Source of the DNA: a virus
Reading direction: 5' to 3' (one strand)
Length of the DNA stretch: 64,000 nt
IMG/VR virus record: IMGVR_UViG_3300025697_000013
Coordinates: 1 to 64,000 of that record
Shown here piece after piece: positions 55,549 to 64,000 of the stretch (position 1 is the stretch's first letter; every line of letters starts with the position of its first letter). Below the pieces are notes generated by a model. The model was not told where the DNA came from and did not search any database. It worked only from the letters and a program-made list of their open reading frames with translations. The position numbers and the translations under genes are program-made.

Positions 55549-58299
55549 CTACTCCGCACCGAGGGGTTCTTGCTCAAGGTTCCGCATGCGACCACTCCTG
55601 TCGATGGATGCACTGACCCTGGCCAGCTCTTCCTCGCCCACCTTGATGACGATCTCTGATTTGCCAATCTCCAGCCCCTTGGCTTCAGCCTGCGCATCGA
55701 GAAGTTCGACCAGGCGCGCCATCGCAGGATCGGCTCTCATCGCAGTTACGGTGCTCGCGAATTCGGCCCCCTGTTCCTTGGTGGTTTTTATCGAACCCTC
55801 GGGGCCATACTTCCCCATATATACGTCCTTCCACCAGTTGTACTCGGGCGTGCTCTCGATCGCCCGGTTGGCCTTCGCCCACTCCACCAGTTCGTCGGGG
55901 AGGTAACTGGCGGGCATCTTCATGATGATCCCGGCCACGACCTTGGAAATCTTGTCGATGGCAGCCTTGAAGACCCTGGCCACCTCCTGGCCGAAGCTGA
56001 CGATCGGCTCGATCACCCACTCCTGCAACCACTCGTACATCTTCTTGAACGCCGCGGGCAGGGTCTCGTCGAAGAATTTTGCGACCCCTGGGAAGTCCTT
56101 CCAGATGGCGTCCTTCAACTTCTTGAAGTAGTTGATCACGCCCTTGACGAACCCGATGACGCCCTCGATCCCAGCGGCCACCGTGTCGAAGGCAATGGCG
56201 ATGCCCTTCACAGCGACCCCCACGACCTTCCCAAGGAAGCTTGCCAGGCCGCTGAGGGTTTCCTTGAGGCTTCCTGTCCCACCAAGCAGGCTGTCAAAGA
56301 TCCCGACCACGCCCTCCACCGCACCCCAGATATGTCCGAACCCACTCACCAGATCATCGATCGGGCTCCCCATGCCCTCAAAGACAGAGGCCATCCCATT
56401 GAAAATCTGCTCGACCAGGCCCCACATGAACGCAGCGGAATCGGCGATGAAGTTGAACGCCTTCCCCACCGTCTCCATGATCGTCTTGCCGAAGCTCTTC
56501 CAGGACGCGCTACTGCTGGTGACGGCGCCGCGCCCACCCACCAGGGCAGTGAACACCCGCTCGACGGCATCCAGCACTCCACCGAAAGCATTCCCGAAAG
56601 CGACCAGCGAAGGCCTTGCCGCTTCCCACGCCGAGGCCATCCCCTCCATCGCCCCATCCCACATAGCACGGAAGCGAGTGGCCAGCATCCCCACGCCGAT
56701 CACAAACTGCTTGATCCCGGCATTCTCTGCCTTGCCCAGCTCCTCCCGAATGGCCCCAGAGAACCCTCCCTGTGTGAAGAGCTGCACCAGCCCGTCCCAG
56801 GCCAGGCGCACCCGGCCCACAACGCCGTCGATCCAATCGGCGAAGCCACCGAGGTTTTCCTCGTACGCTTTCTTGATCAGGAGTGCAGCCCCGACCACGA
56901 CGGCGATCGGAGCAGCGATCCGCAGGAGGGAACCCGCAGTCACGAGAGCCACTGCACGGAGCGCACCAAGCCCACGCAGGAGCAGCGGGATCGCGCCGGA
57001 GAGGAAGATCATGGCGCCCCCAGCAACCATGGTCACACCGGCGATCCGGATGAAGTTGGCGATGCCTGCCTTGGTCGAATCAGGCAACGCCTGCCAGCTC
57101 TCGATCATCCGGTTGATCACTTTGATGAAGCCCTCGACAGCGGGCCGGAGCGCCAGAGCCATGTCCTGGCCCACCACCGTGGTGAAGGTCTGCACCGACC
57201 CCCTGGCCAGGGTCATCTGCCCCTCGAAGGTGTCCAGGAGACGGTCCTTGAATTCGGCCGCTGTGTCCCCGGCATTCGTCAACTCCTCGCGCAAGAACTT
57301 GATGGCCTCAACTCCCTTGAGGATCTGCTTCGTTCCATCGGGAAGGACCTTCGTCGCTGTCGCACGGGCAATCGCGCTGAAAGCCATGAGGCCACGAGCA
57401 CCGAAGGCGCGGGCCACGACAGCGTTCCGTTCCTCATCCGTCGAGGCAGCCAGCTTCACATTCAGATCCTGCATCACGTCCACGAGGCTCCGGATCTTCT
57501 TCGTCTGCTTGTCGTAGATGTCAACGCCCTTTCCCGTCACCGCGTTCTGCGCATTCTGGTCCGAGGCCAGCCGTCGAGTCGCCTCCCGGTACGCGGTCGA
57601 GGCAGAGGATGCGTCGATGTTCATGTTCCGGAGTTGGCCCACGACCAGGAGGGTGTCCTCGATGCTCTGCCCGAACAGACCACCCGCAGCCGCTGCCTTC
57701 GCCAACCCGACGGAGAAGTCCCTGGCCTGGAAGTTGGTGAGTTGAGTCACGCGCAACAACTTGTCGGTGACGATCGCCGCGTCCCCGGCTGCCAGGCCAT
57801 ACGCATTCAGGGTACCGACCACGGCCTCCGCTGCCTGCGCCACCCCGAGCTGGCCGAGAGAACCGGCAGCCAGATCCAGGACGGGGATCAAGGTCTCCGT
57901 CGCCTGGGCTGCCGACTGCCCGGCGGTCGCCAGGGAGGTGAGTCCCTCCACCGCCTCCTTCGGCGAGAACTGCGTGGCGATACCCGCTTTGATCGCAGTG
58001 TCCTCGAGCGACTTCAACTCCAAGGTAGTAGCGCGGGTCACGGCCCCGACCGCGGCGAGCCCCTGCTCGAACTCACCTGCAGCCTTGGCCAGCTTGAACT
58101 GCGCCCCGAGGAGCAGGCCCCCCGCTGCCATACCAGCGAGGCCAGTTCCCATCGCAGTCATATTTCGAGTGAAGGATGCTCGGGTCTTGTCGACGTCTGT
58201 CCGGAGGCCAGTGAAGTCGTTCCGGAGGCCCTTGACATGGCCGCTGGCGAGGTTCTTGGCGGTAAACAGGAAGCCGAGTCCCATGTTGTTTAGCGCCAC
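55549..58299 (-). CDS. tape measure protein (TP901 family core)
   Basis: [25 protein letters not shown], Ala/Gly-rich helical repeats, 916 aa. Confidence 0.93.
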   Translation of the reverse strand: MALNNMGLGFLFTAKNLASGHVKGLRNDFTGLRTDVDKTRASFTRNMTAMGTGLAGMAAGGLLLGAQFKLAKAAGEFEQGLAAVGAVTRATTLELKSLEDTAIKAGIATQFSPKEAVEGLTSLATAGQSAAQATETLIPVLDLAAGSLGQLGVAQAAEAVVGTLNAYGLAAGDAAIVTDKLLRVTQLTNFQARDFSVGLAKAAAAGGLFGQSIEDTLLVVGQLRNMNIDASSASTAYREATRRLASDQNAQNAVTGKGVDIYDKQTKKIRSLVDVMQDLNVKLAASTDEERNAVVARAFGARGLMAFSAIARATATKVLPDGTKQILKGVEAIKFLREELTNAGDTAAEFKDRLLDTFEGQMTLARGSVQTFTTVVGQDMALALRPAVEGFIKVINRMIESWQALPDSTKAGIANFIRIAGVTMVAGGAMIFLSGAIPLLLRGLGALRAVALVTAGSLLRIAAPIAVVVGAALLIKKAYEENLGGFADWIDGVVGRVRLAWDGLVQLFTQGGFSGAIREELGKAENAGIKQFVIGVGMLATRFRAMWDGAMEGMASAWEAARPSLVAFGNAFGGVLDAVERVFTALVGGRGAVTSSSASWKSFGKTIMETVGKAFNFIADSAAFMWGLVEQIFNGMASVFEGMGSPIDDLVSGFGHIWGAVEGVVGIFDSLLGGTGSLKETLSGLASFLGKVVGVAVKGIAIAFDTVAAGIEGVIGFVKGVINYFKKLKDAIWKDFPGVAKFFDETLPAAFKKMYEWLQEWVIEPIVSFGQEVARVFKAAIDKISKVVAGIIMKMPASYLPDELVEWAKANRAIESTPEYNWWKDVYMGKYGPEGSIKTTKEQGAEFASTVTAMRADPAMARLVELLDAQAEAKGLEIGKSEIVIKVGEEELARVSASIDRSGRMRNLEQEPLGAE

Positions 58300-58315
58300 G
58301 TTGACCTCCTACTTC

Positions 58316-58528
58316 CTACTCCAACTCCTTCTTCTCCGCCTGGCGCTGCGTCTCGATCAGACCGATGTAGACATCAGCCTCGTCCGCGGCCAGATCCATG
58401 GCCCACTCCGGCGTGGCTGATAGGCCCTGCCCGCCGTAGCAAATCCACAGGAGTCTAAAGAGCTTCCACCGGACACCCTGCCCGGTGATCGGGAAGAGGC
58501 GCTCTACGGGGTACTGAGCGGCCCCCCC
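58316..58528 (-). CDS. -1 frame extension of tail assembly chaperone (gpGT-like)
   Basis: G GGG GGG slippery site at 58522-58528, then about 68 open codons ending just before the tape measure RBS. Confidence 0.6.
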   Translation of the reverse strand, partial: GGAAQYPVERLFPITGQGVRWKLFRLLWICYGGQGLSATPEWAMDLAADEADVYIGLIETQRQAEKKELE

Positions 58529-59406
58529 TCCGTCTCCGTCTTCGGTTCTGGCACCTGGGCCTCCTCGGCCGGAGGGGCCTCCTGGATCTGTGACTCCCCC
58601 TCGTCGAGGTCGTCTACGACCTTCCTCCTCCCTGAGCGCGGAGAGAAGAAAGTCCGATCGAAAGGGAGTTCACGCTCAATGATGTTCCGGCATTTCGCGC
58701 AGACCACTTCGATGGTCGTCTCCACGCCGCAGTCGTGCTCCTCCATCTCGGCCCGGAGCCAGTCCGCCTCGTCGCTGTCCAAGTCCTGGATCCAGCTCAC
58801 GATCTGCGACGGCTTCTTCCCCTCCACCTCGACGATCCGCATCATCAGGTTCAGGGTCGCCTGCCGGGTCGAGAACCTCGTTTGCTTCTCCAGCATGTCC
58901 CGCTCGATCTGACCGATCGGGAGGCTGTAGACCACCTTGGTTTCCGTCGATGGCAGGACGCACTCAAAGCGGTTACCTGCCTCGAACTTCGCACGGTCCT
59001 CCGCAGCCAAGGCCCGGACAGGCCGCGCCAGGAGGTCGATAGTCCACGGGATCTGCGTTCGGCATGTGGCGCTGGTGCACCGCACATCGAAGTCGTAGCT
59101 CTCGCCATCGGTGAAGCTCGTGACCCGCAGCATCAGCAGAGCGTAGTACCGATCGCCCTGGAGGATCTTCGTCCAGTCGACCACGACACCACTGCCACGC
59201 TCGAGGTGCCGGTACGGGCCCGGGTCGACCACCTGGACCGTGCAAGCCCCAAGGACCTCGTCCAGGGCCACACCGAGACGATGCGCCTCAACGTCGGCTA
59301 GGATGTCCTCCTCGCGGACCTTCATCTTGCGCAGCACGACCACCATCCCGGAGGGGCAATCGATCTGCCTGGTCTTTGGTTTGATGACGGGTTTGGCTGC
59401 TGACAT
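58504..59406 (-). CDS. tail assembly chaperone / T4 gp26-like protein
   Basis: PSG..V.LRKMK..EEDIL, GDRYYALL.LR..SF, C...C, CAKC; between tube and tape measure. Confidence 0.8.
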   Translation of the reverse strand: MSAAKPVIKPKTRQIDCPSGMVVVLRKMKVREEDILADVEAHRLGVALDEVLGACTVQVVDPGPYRHLERGSGVVVDWTKILQGDRYYALLMLRVTSFTDGESYDFDVRCTSATCRTQIPWTIDLLARPVRALAAEDRAKFEAGNRFECVLPSTETKVVYSLPIGQIERDMLEKQTRFSTRQATLNLMMRIVEVEGKKPSQIVSWIQDLDSDEADWLRAEMEEHDCGVETTIEVVCAKCRNIIERELPFDRTFFSPRSGRRKVVDDLDEGESQIQEAPPAEEAQVPEPKTETEGGPLSTP

Positions 59407-59499
59407 CTCTACCTCCACACGCTTTGGTGTTCTCTACCTGGACTCCACCGCGCCAATGCACGGGGTATCTCTACCTGGGGGGCCCGAAGGCCAAGGGCT

Positions 59500-59949
59500 C
59501 TAATCGAGCCATTCGGGATAGCGGAACTTCAGGGTCAGAGCTTCCATGCGGACTTCGCTGGACTTGTTGTCCCACTTGCCGCTGGACCAGTCCGCCACCT
59601 GGCACTCCTTGAGCACGAACTCTTCCTCGCGCTCATCGTCGTAGCCGAGCTGGACGATGGTGGCGGTGAAGGTGTCGGTGGAGCCCTTCCGGGACGCGGA
59701 GTTTGCGGACCGCTTGAACAGGTTCCACATATCCCTGTTCTCGGACGCACCTTTCGTCAGGGTGACGTCAGCGAACTTCACGCCCGCCGGGACATCCTCG
59801 GGGGTAAGCTCCCCACCCTCGAGGTACTCGGCGAACTCCTTGGTCCCCTTGATCTCGCCGCAGTCGGTGAAGCGAGATGACTCGACTCCGTCGATCTCGA
59901 CGAGGAACTTCATCTCGAGGTAGCGATTGCGCGGCTTGCCAGTTGCCAT
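59500..59949 (-). CDS. tail tube protein (T4 gp19-like)
   Basis: KFLVEIDG, EY.EGG, DVTLTKG, WD.KSSEV..E.LTL. Confidence 0.9.
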   Translation of the reverse strand: MATGKPRNRYLEMKFLVEIDGVESSRFTDCGEIKGTKEFAEYLEGGELTPEDVPAGVKFADVTLTKGASENRDMWNLFKRSANSASRKGSTDTFTATIVQLGYDDEREEEFVLKECQVADWSSGKWDNKSSEVRMEALTLKFRYPEWLD

Positions 59950-59973
59950 GTCGTTCCTCCTCGCTCGCAGGCG

Positions 59974-62244
59974 TTAGCCGACGAGCATCTGCTCGTACTC
60001 CTGGATGACCCAGTCGATGGCGCTCGCCGAGTTGAAGCCCGTGCGTCCCCGGAGCTTCCCGGCCTTCTTGACAGCCGTGGTATTGAGCGCCGTCCCGAAG
60101 TCGACGTAGAACGCCTGCTCCGGATCGTCCGAATCGAACGCTCCGAGGCCCGTCTGCGTCTCGAGGTACTTCTCGACCAGGTTCCGTGCATCCGAACGAG
60201 TCCGGTCCGATGGCCGCTTGTGCCGGAAGACGTCGAGGCCAGCGTCGATGATCTTCTCCATCCGAGCGGTCCCACGCCGCTGCGCGATGGTGACCCAGTT
60301 CCCGTCCCCCTTCAGGTTCCGGTGGCCGTCCAGGAAGATCTGCCCACCCTCCTTCTGCCAGATCGGATTGACCCGGCGCGGGTAGACGATGTCCCGAGCG
60401 GTTTCCTTGAGGCTCTCGGCGGTCTCACGGTTCGCCAGGATCTCCAGCCCGGTGGCTCCCTTGAAGTAGGCCAGCTCTTCGCCAGCGGGCTCATCGTAGA
60501 TCCCGCCCTCGCGGTGCGCGTCCACCCGGGCCATGATCCCGGCGACGGAGGAGGCCGGGTCCACCAGGATGTTGTCGGTGTCCCCGTAGATCGCCTTGTC
60601 TGGGTTGGCGATCTGGATCCGGGGCCAGGTGATGGCTCCCTCCTCCCGGTAGTTCTCAAGGGCTGCGGATACCATGAACGCCGACATCGCCGCTGCGTTG
60701 AGACCCAGCGGGGTTCCCAGGACCGGGAAGACCTTCCAGCTACGGGCGTCGTGGCAGTAGTCCACCAGGCCCTTCTCCAGGGCAGCGGAGGTCTCGTCCG
60801 GGATCACCAGGAGGTCGAAGTCGGTGACGGTGTTGAGGGCATGCAGCCCCACCTCGGAGACCACCGAGCCGAGGAAGTCGTTGTCGTCGATCGCGGCGAT
60901 GGCGTCGGCGCCACCGGTAAAGTTCGCCGAGGTGATGTTCACCGGGCGGTCCAGGAGGGGGGTGCCCAGGCCCGCGGCCAGGTCGGACGCCACCACCAGA
61001 TCGGACCCGCTGGTCTCGTGGGCGAGCTTCGTCACGACGTTGTCGTCGTCGCCCGTCAGCACGATGCAGTTGGGGAAGGTCTCCAGGATCACTCCGCTCA
61101 CGTAGACCGTGAGGTCGAAGTACGACGTCGAGCCGTTGCTGGCGTCGGAGACGATCATGTTCATGTTTTCGGAGTCTTCTCCGAAATACTTGGCGGTCAG
61201 GAGGGTGGTATCCGACTGCGCCGTGTCGGAGCCCGAGTGGATGATGCTGTCGAATCCGAACCGGGCCAGGGCCGTGCTGGTCGGGTTGAACTTGAAGGAC
61301 GCCGCGACACCTGTGTCGATGGTGGAGATCCTGGCGGTGAGGTTCGTGTTCTGCGTCACAGTGACACCGACGGGGACAGCCTCCTCAAAGGTCGCCTCGG
61401 CCAACGCCTTGAACTCAACGAAGGTCACCGCGCTCAGGTCGAGCACATTTCCGCTGCCGCTGGCGTCTGCGCCAGTGAGGCCCAGGGTCGTAGCCGCGGT
61501 CCCACCGGTCACGCGGACGCGGGCCCCGGAACCCTGCTGCCCTGTCTCGAGGGTAAGGTCGTCGATGCCACCGGCCCCCTCGAACGCGTAGGCGTCCTGG
61601 ATTTGCGTCTGGATCGCGTCGGCCACGTCCACAGCGGTGGTGTAGGTGGTGGCCCCGTTCCCGGGGATGGTCAGGGTCTGGATCTTTGTGAGATCCGCCC
61701 CCACGACCACCAGGAGGGTCGTGTCCACAGCGGGGGTCCATGGGTACGGGCTCACTCCAGGAGCGGCGACCACCGCTGCCGAGGTGCCAGCAAAGGTCAG
61801 GGTGTTGTCCAGGTCGGCGTCGACCGATGCAACCAGCGTCTCCCCGTTTTGGACGAACCACGGAGCCTGCCACAGACCGTCGATGACCGCCGCCGACGCC
61901 GCCACCGCTGCGGTCTTCAGGGTCAGGGTACCCTTCGCTGCGCTGTGGGTTCCGGCCAGGAGGTCGTCGTAGTGGACGGTCCGCATGCAGTAGATCTTCG
62001 TGCCCTCCTGGGCCTCCAGATAGAACTGCCGCGCTGCCAGGATCAGACTGTAGTCAGCGCCGAAGCCGCCATACTTGGCGAGCACCTCCGAGAAGCTGTA
62101 GCACGCGAAGCCCACACCGATCGGGCCGCGCCCTGCGGTTCCAACCAGGGAAGTCACTCCGGTCTGTCCGCGGTTGCCCATCTTCTTTGCCGCCGCCTTC
62201 TCAAACGCGATTACCTTGCTCGAGAGAAGCATGTTATTGCCCAT
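59974..62244 (-). CDS. contractile tail sheath protein
   Basis: GTAGRGPIG, AKYFG, WPRI, VAGIMARVD..GG....PAG, VNPI, G.RNL. Confidence 0.92.
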   Translation of the reverse strand: MGNNMLLSSKVIAFEKAAAKKMGNRGQTGVTSLVGTAGRGPIGVGFACYSFSEVLAKYGGFGADYSLILAARQFYLEAQEGTKIYCMRTVHYDDLLAGTHSAAKGTLTLKTAAVAASAAVIDGLWQAPWFVQNGETLVASVDADLDNTLTFAGTSAAVVAAPGVSPYPWTPAVDTTLLVVVGADLTKIQTLTIPGNGATTYTTAVDVADAIQTQIQDAYAFEGAGGIDDLTLETGQQGSGARVRVTGGTAATTLGLTGADASGSGNVLDLSAVTFVEFKALAEATFEEAVPVGVTVTQNTNLTARISTIDTGVAASFKFNPTSTALARFGFDSIIHSGSDTAQSDTTLLTAKYFGEDSENMNMIVSDASNGSTSYFDLTVYVSGVILETFPNCIVLTGDDDNVVTKLAHETSGSDLVVASDLAAGLGTPLLDRPVNITSANFTGGADAIAAIDDNDFLGSVVSEVGLHALNTVTDFDLLVIPDETSAALEKGLVDYCHDARSWKVFPVLGTPLGLNAAAMSAFMVSAALENYREEGAITWPRIQIANPDKAIYGDTDNILVDPASSVAGIMARVDAHREGGIYDEPAGEELAYFKGATGLEILANRETAESLKETARDIVYPRRVNPIWQKEGGQIFLDGHRNLKGDGNWVTIAQRRGTARMEKIIDAGLDVFRHKRPSDRTRSDARNLVEKYLETQTGLGAFDSDDPEQAFYVDFGTALNTTAVKKAGKLRGRTGFNSASAIDWVIQEYEQMLVG

Positions 62245-62313
62245 AGCGCCCTCCATCGTTCTGGCGATAACGTATCATTCGATCTCACCGTCCACAAGAC
62301 CAATTTGCAAAAT

Positions 62314-63324
62314 CTAGTCCACCACCAACTTCTGCGCATCGAGATCTGCCACCACTCCGTCGTCACCACCGTCAAGGACGCCGCTGATTACCTGTGGCAG
62401 GAAGCTCTCGATGTCGATCTCACTCACCACCCATGTCTGCCTGAAAAACTGGATATTGCTGTTGCCCCTGGCGCGCCCGAACGTCATCTCAGTGTCAGGG
62501 AGGATCGGATACACCTTGTCCCCGCGGGTCGCATCATCCGGATCCGCCAGAACAGTAATCGTCCGATTCACCCTGAAGAATCTGGTCACGGCAGCCGGAA
62601 GGTTGAGGAGATGCTTGTCGTTGCTCACGACCCCAACTACCTGGAACCGGAGGTCCACCGTCTCCGGGGTTTCGACCTCGACGCTGCCGTACTCATCGTC
62701 CCGGTCCTCAACATCTCGCTCCTGGGTCATCCCCATCCGATCGAACGGGATCCCCTGGATGCTCAAGCTGATGGCGGGAAGCTCCGAGAGTTGGGTCAGC
62801 GCAGACCCATCGACTTCGTTGTCGTAGTCGGTGTGGACCGAGGTGACAACGTTCCGCATCACCTGCTGTCGCATCTTCTGGACGAGGGCACGCACCACCC
62901 GGAGGACCATACAGTCCTGCTTCAGGTCTGGGTACTCGAAGGAGAAGGCCTCCTCGAGCGTCACTGTCTCGCCGGAGATCGGATCACCGTCCTCATCAAT
63001 ATTCAGGATCGTGACGTCCACCGCGCCCTTCGTCGCCTTGGTCCGCCGGTCGATCACGTAGCTGGCCGGGATCCCGCCTGGGATTCGACACCAGAGGATC
63101 CGGTCTCCGGGGTCGCCATCCTCGTCATCGATGACCCCGGTGAATTTCCAGTTACATTCGACTCCATCGAAGAGCACACGTACATGCTCCTTCAGGTCCC
63201 CTGCGGGGCCAGTGGCGGGGGGCTCGTGCGGGAGCGCGATGTTCGCACCCTTGATCGTGACGAGGTAGTTCCCGTGGCTCAGTCCGACAGCCGGCGTGAT
63301 CGAGGTAATCGTCGGCACTCCCAT
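62314..63324 (-). CDS. IPT/TIG-domain neck/tail-terminator-like protein
   Basis: PTITSITP..G...G..LVTIKG.N; position upstream of sheath. Confidence 0.6.
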   Translation of the reverse strand: MGVPTITSITPAVGLSHGNYLVTIKGANIALPHEPPATGPAGDLKEHVRVLFDGVECNWKFTGVIDDEDGDPGDRILWCRIPGGIPASYVIDRRTKATKGAVDVTILNIDEDGDPISGETVTLEEAFSFEYPDLKQDCMVLRVVRALVQKMRQQVMRNVVTSVHTDYDNEVDGSALTQLSELPAISLSIQGIPFDRMGMTQERDVEDRDDEYGSVEVETPETVDLRFQVVGVVSNDKHLLNLPAAVTRFFRVNRTITVLADPDDATRGDKVYPILPDTEMTFGRARGNSNIQFFRQTWVVSEIDIESFLPQVISGVLDGGDDGVVADLDAQKLVVD

Positions 63325-63942
63325 CTACGGCCTCCCCGCCACGCCGTTCATCAACCCGGCCACCCTCAGAGCATACCGACGCGAAAGCCCTTTCTTCCAC
63401 TTTTCGAATGCAGGACGCAAGAACGGCCGCGCCGGGATATGGTAGACGATGGTAGTCGTGCTTGCCTTGAGGGGGGCAGCAATCAAGCCCTGAATGTACA
63501 GTGCCAAGAAGAGGTTCCGGACCATCGGAGTCACTGGAACGACGATAGTCTCGACACCATACTCCTGCAGCTCGCCGATGTTGGTCAGATCCTTGCCTTC
63601 CTCGTTAACCGCTGACCGCTTGATGCCCACGAAGAAGGCAGGCATCCCGCCGATAATTGAGTGCACCACGCTGATATTGTTGCGGAGGTCCCCGCGCCGC
63701 ACCAGGGCTTTCGTCCCACGAAACCGTGCGAGCTTCCGCAGCGCCAACGTGAGAGGACTCAGTGCCAGGATCGAGGACCCACCAGGCGCCTGATTTGTGA
63801 GGCCCTGGACGATCTCCTTTCGGAGTGCATGAGCCTCAATGAGGGTCGCCTGGGTCTGAGCCTTGGCGAGTCGCTCAGGAAATGTAGCCATGGTTCGGAC
63901 AGCCCGATCCCAGTCCCCGGTGAGCTTGATCTCACTCGCCAT
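63325..63942 (-). CDS. neck / virion morphogenesis protein
   Basis: LSPLTL..R, GDLRNNI, EYG, IPARPFLRPAF. Confidence 0.75.
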   Translation of the reverse strand: MASEIKLTGDWDRAVRTMATFPERLAKAQTQATLIEAHALRKEIVQGLTNQAPGGSSILALSPLTLALRKLARFRGTKALVRRGDLRNNISVVHSIIGGMPAFFVGIKRSAVNEEGKDLTNIGELQEYGVETIVVPVTPMVRNLFLALYIQGLIAAPLKASTTTIVYHIPARPFLRPAFEKWKKGLSRRYALRVAGLMNGVAGRP

Positions 63943-64000
63943 CAGAGTTGCTCTCCCTGCTTTCTGGAATCGAGGTCCACCTGCCAGAAGTTTAGCCCGT

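Noticed and set aside
60220-63615. 1131-aa plus-strand ORF and other long antisense ORFs (e.g. 56332-58293, 48869-50419, 34340-35692)
   Set aside because: Shadow frames of well-supported minus-strand genes in high-GC DNA; no recognisable motifs.
1-64000. CRISPR array, DGR or retron
   Set aside because: No regularly spaced repeat-spacer units, cas operon or reverse-transcriptase ORF seen; the dispersed repeats are promoter-associated.

Overview
GC-rich dsDNA tailed-phage (or prophage) sequence with a contractile tail; no host housekeeping genes, rRNA, tRNA or CRISPR array were recognised. 1-9.3 kb holds divergently transcribed small accessory genes: a Zn-ribbon peptide, a TnpB N-terminal remnant, a SLOG/YspA protein, an MmcB-like nuclease and a DUF5131/Gp37Gp68 protein. 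9.4-12.6 kb holds a lipoprotein and two displaced fibre/adhesin-like genes. 13-42.4 kb (mostly minus strand) covers DNA metabolism: DnaQ-like exonuclease, three DNA methyltransferases, two SSBs, serine recombinase, ASCH, XRE-HTH, two lysins, RuvC-like resolvase, RecD2-like helicase, primase-helicase, SbcCD and a recombination pair. 42.6-64 kb (minus strand) holds membrane/holin-like genes and an eCIS/T4-like tail module (fibre, baseplate, spike, tape measure, frameshifted chaperone, tube, sheath, neck). The main non-coding signal is a repeated regulatory architecture. Several sigma70-like promoters carry a palindromic operator (TCGACG-N3-CGTCGA), and many of their predicted transcripts start with AGGTTGA. 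A predicted ~105-nt structured RNA at 18302-18407 is complementary to those 5' leaders, suggesting a combined repressor and multi-target antisense RNA system. All product calls come from motif recognition by eye; no database search was run.
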